DNA from: Octopus bimaculoides
Lineage: Eukaryota
Length of the DNA: 64,000 nt
NCBI RefSeq assembly: GCF_001194135.2
Contig: NC_068999.1
Location: 13,364,328 to 13,428,327 of the forward strand
Reading direction: 5' to 3'
In this document: positions 40,280 through 51,179 of the stretch, in pieces
Position numbering within the stretch: the first letter of the stretch is position 1
How the letters are laid out: each line of letters opens with the position of its first letter
Made by a program: the position numbers and the translations under genes
The notes under the pieces: generated by a model
What the model was told of the DNA's origin: nothing
Database searches by the model: none
What the model saw: the letters and a program-made list of their open reading frames with translations, nothing else

Positions 40280-40820
40280 ACAATATGCAGGAAAAATAGG
40301 AAAGGAACATTATTCATTACCATCTTAGTGAGTGCAGTATGCTAGCACAAATGGAGTATAATCGCATATAAGACTATGTATGGAAAAGAGGAAATTGGGA
40401 TGTGAGCTAAGTTTGTGGCTGCAATACCACAGAAAATTGACATAAGATCGATAGAAAATGAGAATCACCGGATCTTGTCGGATCTCCCCAACTAGACCTA
40501 TCATATTATTGAAGCAAAAAGGTCAGATGTTGTCATAGACGGCAATGTATACTAAACGTGAAGGTTCATAGATTTTAAAATTCCCTTTTGTCGCAGAGTG
40601 GAAACCAAAGAAATAAAATCCTTGAGAAATACAAGGATGTAGTCAGAGAATTAAGTGGATGGAAAGCCAAGACGATGGTTATTCCTATAGTAAGTGGAGC
40701 ACTTGTCATAGAACAGAAAATGCCACAGAAAACAAAACTGATAGAGATCGGAATTGAGACTAGAAGTCATGGTCTGCAGAAATCATCAAGACTCTTAGGG
40801 AAGATTATTCAGATTTAATG
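40280..40820 (+). mobile_element. R4/Dong-type non-LTR retrotransposon 3' relic (CCHC finger plus restriction-like endonuclease)
   Basis: HLSECSMLAQMEYNR (CCHC region); ENENHRIL..DL..DHIIEAKRSDVVI (~RPDIV); FIDFKIP; EKYKDVVRELSGWKAKTMVIPIVSGAL...GIETRSHGLQKS. Confidence 0.78.
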
Positions 40821-41115
40821 AGACTCGTCACCAAACATCATAGTAAAAGTATATATATGTGTGTGTGTGTATTTGTGTGTGCGTGCGTGTGAGTGCGTGC
40901 GTGTGTGTGTGTAATTACACGTAGACTGATGTCGATTTTTTTCCAACTTCATCCTATCCTTTTGGACCATCCTGTGTCTTAGCTTTCCGAAAAGTTAAAC
41001 AACCACGCTCTCTTCTCTGAACACCTTATTAATACGTCGCATGTGCTACGTCCTAGCATCGTTGATCTTTCTTGTTGTCTTTTCTCTCCGTTATTTTGAT
41101 TTAATATATTTATAC

Positions 41116-41118
<3 letters not shown>

Positions 41119-41178
<60 letters not shown>
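41119..41178. repeat. (TG)n microsatellite
   Basis: Directly visible. Confidence 0.95.
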
Positions 41179-41179
<1 letters not shown>

Positions 41180-41229
41180 AAGTTTGTGTTTGTGTTTATA
41201 TTATTTTATTCCTTGACTTGTTTGAGGCA

Positions 41230-41612
41230 TATGACTGCAACCATGCTAGAGAACACGGCATTTAAGGGTTTCAGTGGAACAAATCGAACACAATATTTAC
41301 TCTTTGTAAGCTTAGTACTCATTCTATCGGTATATTTTGCTGAACCGCTACGTTACGCTAATGTAAGCACACAAACATCGGTTGTCAAGCGATGGTGGGG
41401 ATAGAAACACAGACAGAAAAGGCAACACATAAATAAATATACATACATATATGACGGTCTTCTTTCAGTTACCGCCTACCAAAACCACGCAGAAGGCATT
41501 GTTCGGCCGGAAGCTATAGTAGAAGACACCTGCCCCAGTTACTACGCAGTGGGATTGAATCCGGAACGATATGGTTGTGTAGCAAGCTTCTTACCACACG
41601 GTCACGCCTATC
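41230..41612 (-). mobile_element. tRNA-derived SINE, family B, near full length
   Basis: Reverse complement begins gcgtgaccgtgtggtaagaagcttgct...gttccggattcaatcccactgcgt (tRNA-like head); the body shares catcgcttgacaaccgat with the 46.2-kb copy. Confidence 0.8.
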
Positions 41613-42169
41613 AGCCATATAAACTAAGCCATATACTTCTGCAAATTTGTACAGCTTCCAGTATTGGGAGTAGAATATTATACAGTATAATCAAATGTAG
41701 AGACTGTTCGAAAGCATGTAAATGCATTGCAAGTAAACTAGAAAGGCTTAAATACAGTTAAAAGAATTGGGAGACAATTAAGTGATAGCACCGCCGTAAA
41801 TTATGTTTTAAAGAGCATCACCTTTTCGATTATAACTCTCTGTGCCTCTATGTATCATTGCTGTCTAGATATAATAAACGACCAGAGAAATTTGAATAAA
41901 AATCTGTTGTTTATTGGAAAGTAAGGCCATAATTTACACTGTTTGTCTTGGTATATTTTGCGTCAAAATGTGTGCATTGAACATTCAATTAAAATATTTT
42001 TAACTTGGCGAAATGCTGAATTGAGTGAGATGCTATATCGATTATAGTGTTTCCGTACATCATAAAGCGAGAAATTTTGGATTACATTTGGTAACCATAT
42101 ATTACCGGTAGTTAATATGATTATCCTTTAGGTTGAATACGTAAAAACATGCACACAACACGAAATATC

Positions 42170-42764
42170 GGATCTATTTTTAAAAGGGGGGGGGGGGTCA
42201 CATTTTTCATTAATGTTTTATGTAGTGTTTTTGGTACGGAAAGACTTTCAAACTTCGTATACTTATCTATTTTGTGTTATAGAACAGAAAAATATTTTTG
42301 TATTCGAATTTATTTCATGTAAAAAAGTGTCTTAATTCGATAATTTCAACCAATCACTGACAAGCATTCAGTTGTTTATCTTTACTCCTTTGTTTGATTA
42401 AGCAATGTAAAGCGTATTTAATCTCCATACCTTCGTTTTATTTGCTTTTTTCATTTTAAATTTGCTTTAACCCTAACCCTAACCCTAACCCTAGGTTTAG
42501 GGTTAGGGTTAGCGTTAGGGTTAATTGTTTCAGAATCGTTTGTTTATGTAGTCGGCACTTAATGTATATCGGCTGAATGGACGTCAGTGATTGGTTGAAA
42601 TTACAGAAATACGACAACTTTCACATGGAATAACTTATGGATTTCTTTTTTTTTTTAAGAAGACTAAGAGAAAAAGATGTTTTATATGACACATTCTACC
42701 AGTGTTCCAAGTTTCAAAGTGTTTCGTTAATGAAAAATGTGGCCCCCGTTTTAAAAAAAGATCT
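42170..42764. mobile_element. 595-bp non-autonomous DNA transposon (MITE) with 8-bp TSD, possibly Merlin-like
   Basis: TIRs ggatctatttttaaaaggggggggggg(t)cacatttttcattaatg / cgttaatgaaaaatgtggcccccgttttaaaaaaagatct; direct repeat GAAATATC at 42162-42169 and 42765-42772; inner 20-bp perfect IR at 42342-42361 / 42583-42602. Confidence 0.8.
42468..42523. repeat. Divergent telomere-type repeats (TAACCC)4-TAGGT-(TTAGGG)n
   Basis: taaccctaaccctaaccctaaccctaggtttagggttagggttagcgttagggtta. Confidence 0.95.
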
Positions 42765-43514
42765 GAAATATCTAAATGCTCTCATATTATTTGATCTGAT
42801 ACATATCACATGAAATAGTGAGACACTTTCGATTTACGTATTTTTATAGCCTTCATGGAAATTTTGAATAGTTACAGGGTTAACATTCTTTAGCAATTTT
42901 AATTAATATCAACATTGATGATGTATCTTCTTATTTCCCATTCTTATGAGCATAATTTCTGACGCTTTGTATTGGAGCAACTAGGGGCAGCACATCAGGG
43001 ATTGTGAACACTTAACATGTTCGTGACCTAATTGTCACGTGCTATCATTCAATGAATTTTTAATTTTGTTATTGCCGTGACTAGATTCCTTCATAGTCGT
43101 ATGTTTACAATACTGTGAATTCACCAGCGTATAATATAAGCGACTTCCAGTTAGCTTCTATGTGATAACAGGAATGTCAACTATAGAGATATGTCGGGTA
43201 ACAGAAATGTTATTCCAAGGTGAAATATCCACAGTTCAGTATTCAGAAATATTTATTCAGAAAGAAATTACGTTTCAGTCATATATTTCGCGAAAACCTT
43301 ACGTACAGAAGGACTATGAATGTTTCAAGAGGAGACTTTGCTAAAAAAATTCGAAAATTATTGCGACATTTCGTCATTCTATATAAATCAATTCATGAAT
43401 ATGTAAGCATTCTTTGATATCCTTATTCATTTCTTGTCAATTTGGAGATATATTATTTATATTCTAGTGAAAACCAGATGTTTTTGAGAACTCCAGAATA
43501 TAAAATAACATGAA

Positions 43515-44200
43515 TACACATAGTGGTATCAAAACTTTCGCGGTCGATTTATGTCGATTTATAGGGGATAAAACCGAGATATTCACTTTATGCACTGCTA
43601 CATTATGTGAATAGCGTGCGGACAGAGCCGATATCACAAGTGTGGAGAGCTTGGTGGCCAGGTTAAGTCCTCCCTAAAACGCGTCAGATTGTTGCAGTAT
43701 AACATTCGATTGTCAGTCTATGCCTTGGAAACGAATTTTCTGTCGTAGTCTCTTCAGGCCGTACCGGTAGATCCAACTCTCGTCAATAGCGTTTATCCTC
43801 AAGATGAAGGATGGTTCACGCTGTCCCATACGACGGACCCTTACGACAGACCCGTACAACGGACAAACAACATCAGCAATGCCGTTGATTGTCTTGCGAT
43901 GACCCTCATACAGATACTGACATATTCTGTCATATTTACGGTGGTGACGCTCGTGGCAGTTCTTCGAAATCGCTCATCGTCTACTCGAGTCGTTCTTCCG
44001 CATTTGACTCGATGATGCCACTTCAAAAATTGCGTACGACACATTGGCTCGTCGCCGTAAGCTAACCGAAGAATGACTAATGTCTTTGGAGCTGATTTTT
44101 CACGTTTAACGTAAAACGTGAGGTTGGGGCATTGTACCAAATTCCTACCTATGGCACAATTGCTGACTACAGCATACACGTAGTCGCAAAAGTAAACATT
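43515..44200 (-). mobile_element. Deleted mariner transposase relic
   Basis: TFYVKREKSAPKTLVILRLAYGDEPMCRTQFLKWHHRVKCGRTTRVDDERFRRTATSVT; PSFILRINAIDESWIYRY (~ITGDESWVYGY); LYCNNLTRFRED; TIR-like tacacatagtggtatcaaaactttcgcg at ~43515. Confidence 0.8.
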
Positions 44201-45946
44201 TTACAATTTGCGAAGATCACCGCTAGCTCTCACACTGCTAATACATAACCCTGTGCTGCCATATATATATATATATATTATCATCGGCAAAATTGTTAAT
44301 TATTAATTTTNNNNNNNNNNNNNNNNNNNNNNNNNNNNNNNNNNNNNNNNNNNNNNNNNNNNNNNNNNNNNNNNNNNNNNNNNNNNNNNNNNNNNNNNNN
44401 NNNNNNNNNNNNNNNNNNNNNNNNNNNNNNNNNNNNNNNNNNNNNNNNNNNNNNNNNNNNNNNNNNNNNNNNNNNNNNNNNNNNNNNNNNNNNNNNNNNN
44501 NNNNNNNNNNNNNNNNNNNNNNNNNNNNNNNNNNNNNNNNNNNNNNNNNNNNNNNNNNNNNNTATATATACGTATATATATATAAATGCATAAATTAAAA
44601 TTACATATATTCCTGTATCAGCGTTACGATTTGAAATGTCTTACGATAGGGACATATGCATAAATGAAATAATTCCGGAACATGTAATGCGTCCTTAGAG
44701 AATCAAATAAATTCACGCAAATCTTGACTTATCAATTTTTTGAAGTAAGGAATCATACACAAATGAAATACAGATTTTTTTTTCTATTGCTGTACAAACC
44801 TCACGTGCAATTTCCCTTACAGATTCGTATAAAATCTGAAATTTAATCTTTAATAATTCACTTAATTATTTCGGGAATTTGAAAAGCAAACGGAATAGAA
44901 ATTAAAATACTCTCACCCAGAATTTAAATGAAATTATGATTGATATTTACGAAAAGTATATTCGTTTATCAACGTGCAGCTGTTTATATGGAAACGCGAA
45001 ATTGCATTATTGGCCTTAGGCCACTGTGTGTAAGTGTTTGATAAGATGCAATATACATTAGTTGGAAAAATATGTATAGTCCTATACAAATAATTATGTT
45101 AGTTCACAGGCAATGAAAGATAAATTTATTTCATTTGTATATATTCACAATTTTTTAATTGATCTATATAAAATTCATTGCAAATGTATATATACAACTC
45201 TTATTTATGGATATTTGAATATATGGAGACACATGCACAAAATAGTATATGCACAAGAACAGCTGAGTGCAAATATCTTCTGGTGACTGTGTAAAGCGAA
45301 TGAAAACATTTATCAGCAAAACACCAGACAGTAATATGTATTTATCGGTATCAGTGTAGCAATTTGTTTGAAGATAGCTACACTCTCTCATACCGACATC
45401 TTTTTTTTCTCTTTTATTCACTTTCGTTATATCAATTTCCTTCCATCCATTGAGAGTTTTAACTCAATAATTGCATTATATATATATTTATCTACTTTGA
45501 TTTTCGAAGTTAGCTGAATACATATAATTTCTCATGCTCTCAGATAATTTAAATTCAAATGCTTTAAGCAACATATAGTTATATACATGAATGTTTGTAT
45601 GTATGTATGTATGCACGTATGTATGCATGTATGCACCTAGGTGACATGAGAATTGACAACAACGGAACTTCGAAGGACTCATGCTATATTTTGGATATTC
45701 CCTTCCCCTAGGTAGATTACCAACCAAGGTTAAAGATATGGTACATGCCCATGATGCAGGCTACCCAGTGCCAGACATAAAAGGAACACCCAAAAGATCC
45801 ACAGGGTGATTGAATATCATTCCGTCATCCGACGTGGAGCAGCTCACAAATAGGGAAAAATGGTAAAAGATAAGAAAATTTTAAAAAGATAATTAAAGTT
45901 ATATAATATAAAATATTTTAAGATTTTAAAATATGAACAAAATACC

Positions 45947-45994
<48 letters not shown>

Positions 45995-45996
<2 letters not shown>

Positions 45997-46205
45997 TTTA
46001 TTCCGTTATTCTTTTCTTTATTTAAGTCATTTGTCTGCGGCCATACAGGAACATCGCCTTTAGCCGAGCGAATCTACCTCACGACTTATTGTTTGCAAGG
46101 TAAGTACTTCTTCTTTTGGTCCCTTTTACCGAGCTGCTAGGTTACGGGAGCCTAAACACGCCACGATCGGTTGTCAAGCGATGCTGGGAACAAACGCAGA
46201 TACAG
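45995..46205 (-). mobile_element. SINE family B, 3' half
   Basis: ...gttacgggagcctaaacacgccacgatcggttgtcaagcgatgctgggaacaaac; homologous to 41340-41410. Confidence 0.7.
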
Positions 46206-46532
46206 GAACGTACATGCATACATACATACATACATACATACACACACATATAGATATATACAGACACGCATGAGAACATACAAAACACTATATATATATA
46301 GTTATACATATGCCTCAAAAGCAATGTTTAGATCCGCAAAGACCCAAACTTAATTGGAGCTCTTGTTGGTCAAGAACGGATATGCAATATATGTGGGTGA
46401 TTTTGGAACATGTTGTAAAGTTTAAAAAGCCACATCAGACAATATGATAGATCTAAGGTGTAAGTACAACTGGTGATTAAACTCTGTTTAATGAGTAGAC
46501 AACCACCACCATGTACGCACGTATGTACTATG

Positions 46533-46569
<37 letters not shown>

Positions 46570-46698
46570 NNNNNNNNNNNNNNNNNNNNNNNNNNNNNNN
46601 NNNNNNNNNNNNNNNNNNNNNNNNNNNNNNNNNNNNNNNNNNNNNNNNNNCATACTTATATATATATATAAGTATGTATATATATAAATTAGTTTTGG

Positions 46699-46785
46699 TG
46701 TCGATTTGTTCCATTAAAAACCGCTTTAATGTGGTGCCCCGGCATGGCTGCAGTTAAGTGAGTGAAACAAGTAAAATAATAAACA
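46699..46785 (+). mobile_element. SINE family B, 3' end fragment
   Basis: gtcgatttgttcc...ggtgccccggcatggctgcagttaagtgagtgaaacaagtaaaataataaa. Confidence 0.6.
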
Positions 46786-47467
46786 GAAATAAATGTAGGA
46801 AGTTCTATCGAAATCTATTAGAAGTGAGATGTGCAACAACAAATATATTTGTAATGATGCTAGTTATGATAATGAGGAAGATGACAATCAGGAGGAGGGG
46901 TAGGCTGTGGAAGATGGGGAGTTTAAGGAGTTGGCGGAGTTTGTAGATGAGGAAGAGAATAAATCAAAGAGACCGTAGTAAGAACATACTGAATTATCAG
47001 TGAAAACATATCAAGAGTAAGAAGTATAATAATCTAAAAAAATATGATTAAACGATGTTAAATACGAAATTGATGGGAAAATATTATATTTTCCCTGCAA
47101 TGTTATTGTCATTATTCAAAGCACGAATTCTCAGCAAATTTAAGCAATTTATATTGAGTGGATACTGAGAGGAGATATTTCTCAAACTGGATTGAAATTT
47201 TATTTCACTAGTGCTTTTTCATTCATTTTGATTATAATTTTACATATACACCACTAATGTTACCTAGAATATATTGTTCATGAATTTCCTTCTAAAATTT
47301 TGAATATAGCTCCATGTGATTAAAATCGATTACACTTTAATAGTCTGCAAGTCTTAGTAAGTGATAGAACGAAAGAAGTGTCATTAGGAATACTGTGTTT
47401 AAACCACGTAATTTGCTCCTGCACTAAAGACAGTAAATGCAAAACAATGAAATATTTATGTGTAGTT

Positions 47468-47595
47468 GTGTCTGTGTGGTAGGAAGCTTGATTACTCAAG
47501 CCATGTTTCCGGGTTCAGTCGTACTGTGAGATAAGCTGCACGGTATCTTCTACAAAAGCCTTGGGTAGATCAAAGACTTACGAGAGTATTTGGTC
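47468..47595 (+). mobile_element. SINE family B, 5' head fragment
   Basis: gtctgtgtggtaggaagcttgattac...tttccgggttcagtcgtactgtg...tcttctacaaaagcc. Confidence 0.65.
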
Positions 47596-47659
47596 CACAT
47601 TCCTTTTACAAATTAATTGAAAACAGCGGTACATGTCTTACATTAATGAGAAAATGAAA

Positions 47660-48300
47660 GTAAATACTCATATTTCAACGTAATCACCGTTGGTGTAAGC
47701 CATGTTGCTGAATCGGAAAGGGATAGTATGATGAAACGTCGTCTGTTATATCATTAAGAACCTCTTGAATCCGTGTCTTCAAGTCCTCCAGTACGCGAGG
47801 CTTGGTCTTGTACACCTACTTTTCTGCGTAATCGCAAAGGTAAAACATGCTGGGAGGGAAATCTGGATTTCTTGGAGATCTGGAGTTTGAACATTTGCGG
47901 TCACAGACTTCAGGTTTTAGCTTCTGCACGTAATGCGGTTTCCACGGATGAAAATGTAATTCTTTATGCAACACAGTACACATTATCTGTCTTTGTAGTC
48001 CATTTTCACGAGCTGCTTAACGTGTTGATTTTTGAGGGCTGCGATTAAATTTTTCCTGCACTGTTTCTACGTTCTCCATTGAGCAGACGTGAGTGGGCAG
48101 CTTTGAATGACAATTTTTATTATCTCAGGAGGTACTTTTGCACGTGTAACTTTCCATGGACGCCTCAATCTCTCAACCAAATCAATGGAACTCCACAATT
48201 CATCGCATGCTGCTATCATAGCTCATTCTTTAACAATCAACCGACCGGTCATCTAGAGAAAAAGAACTATGACTAAATGTTAATAGAAATCCCCATTAGT
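47660..48300 (-). mobile_element. Internally deleted Tc1/mariner-superfamily transposase relic (not of the classic mariner type)
   Basis: ENVETVQEKFNRSPQKSTR*AARENGL...VLHKELHFHPWKPHYVQKL, joined to SPRNPDFPPSMFYLCDYAEK*VYKTKPRVLEDLKTRIQEVLNDIT (~SPDLTPCDFFLWGYVKDKVY). Confidence 0.75.
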
Positions 48301-48607
48301 GTTGTCTGTTTAAAAATTGCTTTCGTCATGACTTCAGTGATACTAAAATTTCTAGAAGCAATTTCTAATACCTAGTAACATTCCAGCAGCGCTGTATAAA
48401 CATTTTTATTACAGCTACCAAAACACCAACTGCTACGCAGAATTTCACATTCCTGTTCGTCGAACAATAATGATACAACGTGTACCACAAATGCCCGAAA
48501 ACATGAGTAACAGGTCTTCGCTCTTTTTGGTTCTGCGGGTTTATTAATAAGGATATCTCTCTATGTTGGTCGTTCGACTTCTCTTATTTCAACCTTATTT
48601 TCAATTT

Positions 48608-48610
<3 letters not shown>

Positions 48611-48676
<66 letters not shown>
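48611..48676. repeat. (AC)n microsatellite running into a gap
   Basis: Directly visible. Confidence 0.95.
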
Positions 48677-49469
48677 NNNNNNNNNNNNNNNNNNNNNNNN
48701 NNNNNNNNNNNNNNNNNNNNNNNNNNNNNNNNNNNNNNNNNNNNNNNNNNNNNNNNNNNNNNNNNNNNNNNNNNNNNNNNNNNNNNNNNNNNNNNNNNNN
48801 NNNNNNNNNNNNNNNNNNNNNNNNNNNNNNNNNNNNNNNNNNNNNNNNNNNNNNNNNNNNNNNNNNNNNNNNNNNNNNNNNNNNNNNNNNNNNNNNNNNN
48901 NNNNNNNNNNNNNNNNNNNNNNNNNNNNNNNNNNNNNNNNNNNNNNNNNNNNNNNNNNNNNNNNNNNNNNNNNNNNNNNNNNNNNNNNNNNNNNNNNNNN
49001 NNNNNNNNNNNNNNNNNTATATATATATATATATATATATATATTTACACATTCATATTTCTATCTTCAATATATTTATCTTCAATATTTTTTTTTAGTA
49101 CTCTGAAAATGTTTATGAAATTCAGTGTGAATCTTGTATGGTAAAGTTCATGTACAATAGTTCAAATTCTTTTTCCTGTCTGAACTTTATATTTTTAAAG
49201 TACATTTTTTGAAGTAGTGCACAAATGTTTGTTATGAGCATTTCTGAGTGTGTAGGTATGCATGTGCATCAAATATGTCAAAATTCTAAAAAAGATATTA
49301 CTGAAAAATCATTATATTTTAAAATATTTAAAAACTTAGATATGTATATGGTTATCCGATGTTTCATCAAACCATGGGGGTCTTAAATACAATTTCATAG
49401 ATAGGAAATCTGAGGCAGATTAGTGTCGTATGCATTTGTTTCAATAATACTTATTCGATTAATCCGGTG

Positions 49470-49670
49470 AACTGGGTGGATAATTAGCACGCCAGCCAAT
49501 ATGCTAAGCGGCATTGCCCCAGTTTCTACTTCCAAATTCAGATTCCGCCGAATTCCACTTTCATTCATTTGAGAACGGTAAAATGAGTACCAGTTGTGGA
49601 CTGAGGTAGATTTGATTGACTTACACTTCTCAACTACATCTTGTTGGCCTTGTGCCAAAATTTGAAATCA
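49470..49670 (+). mobile_element. SINE family A
   Basis: ttagcacgccagccaatatgctaagcggcatt...aaattcagattccgccgaattccactttcattc...gtaccagttgtggactgagg. Confidence 0.65.
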
Positions 49671-49687
49671 CTATTACACATTTGACG

Positions 49688-49810
49688 AAGGCTGCGTTCT
49701 GGCAGGTTCAAAAGCACGCCGAAAAGCATAACAGCAATTTGTCCATCTTCATGTTCTCAGTTTCAATTCCACCGAGGACGACTTTGACTTTCCTCGTTTC
49801 AGCAATGACG
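49688..49810 (+). mobile_element. SINE family A, second tandem copy
   Basis: ggcaggttcaaaagcacgccg...ttctcagtttcaattccaccgaggacgactttgactttc. Confidence 0.6.
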
Positions 49811-50057
49811 AATCTTCTTTCCATAAGCTTGTTGAGAGAAAGGATACTCAAATGTTTGGGTATATCAAATTATGACGCCTGATTTGGGCGTATTTAATGC
49901 CATGACTTTCCTAGTTATTTCTACAGCGTTAAACTAAACAGGCGGTGCGTTATTGAAGTAACACTTTTATTTCATTATAGACAGGAATATTACCATTGAG
50001 ATTTCTGTCTATACCATAATTCATGTATATATATGGGGAGAGAGAGAGAGAGTGAGT

Positions 50058-50099
<42 letters not shown>

Positions 50100-50129
50100 T
50101 GTTTCTGGAGGCTTGGAGGTTCAAAATAG

Positions 50130-50520
50130 TTATTGTAATTGATTCCATCACTGGATAATACTAGCCTTCCTCTTCAGGGAACAATTATATATCTGAAGTG
50201 TTGACAGTAAGTAGATTAAAGACGTATATATATATATGGCTGACACTTGTATTGTTATTCTATTATATTTTAAACTTACTTCTTATGCGAACTCATCTGA
50301 GGATTAACTAACATTTGCTGTGATAGTGTGATACAGTATTCCTTGTAATGACCCTATAATTGCCAGAGACTTTGGAGACTTTAGTTAGCATTTCTGTGAT
50401 GTATAATAAAAGACAGTAACATACATTTGTCCACTCTCGAAGTATATATTGGTATATTGTTTGTTCTTACTGATTTGTGAAAATGTAGAAATTTCCAGGC
50501 GTGTCTGTTAATGCCAATAT
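50130..50520 (-). mobile_element. Possible CR1 APE-endonuclease relic
   Basis: ILALTDT (~ILALTETH) and a downstream CLLLYITEMLTK; weak and broken. Confidence 0.3.
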
Positions 50521-51136
50521 TTATATCATTTTAATATGATATATTTTTTTTTTCCATTTCTGCTACTGTGTTTATTGATGTATTATATCAGAGATAGTAT
50601 CACAAAAATGTACAATACTCAAGACGAATAAATTTGCTCTAAGTTTAAGTGTTATTGCTTATTTCATTGAACCAATTAATGACAGATTTCGTACTGATAT
50701 ACTCAATGAAATGTGTTTCTTTATCAACATTATTTACGATCACTATACTAACCACGTCTATGAATCGTTTTGAAGGATCGTTAATATACATTCAATGTTA
50801 AAGGTGAAAATACTGCTTTGGTCATTAAGTGTAAAGTACGTTTTACTTTCATGTAAAATTAGAGATAGTGAGCTATGATATTTACATTGCGAATGTTTTA
50901 TGTAATAAGAAATTTTAACAGTTTTGTATTATTCGAAATAAGTTAATTGTTACTTCAGTAGTGAATATTTTGTCACAGAAACCAATGTTTGGAGGGACAA
51001 AGAATTGTGTGTTTTTTATGTCGGTTTAATATCTATATCATTGATTGGTCGAGTAATTCAGAGATGTTTTGTCATTGTTCATAGCAGATAAAATAATTCC
51101 CGAGAATTTGAGTTCATTACTACAGAATGGGAAATA

Positions 51137-51179
<43 letters not shown>

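Noticed and set aside
42468-42523. Ancient telomere-telomere fusion site
   Set aside because: A fusion gives (TTAGGG)n followed by (CCCTAA)n; here the order is reversed, the tract is tiny, and it sits inside a TSD-flanked element.
43303-43340. Minus-strand 38-nt exon candidate (tttttttag|...|gtaagg, KSPLETFIVLLY)
   Set aside because: Isolated, no supporting neighbours, and opposite to the other candidates; equally likely chance.
45690-45760. Possible HDV-like ribozyme / RTE 5' UTR (cccttcccctaggtagattaccaaccaaggttaaagat)
   Set aside because: It resembles a remembered RTE 5' motif, but I could not build the nested double pseudoknot and the putative catalytic C position is T.
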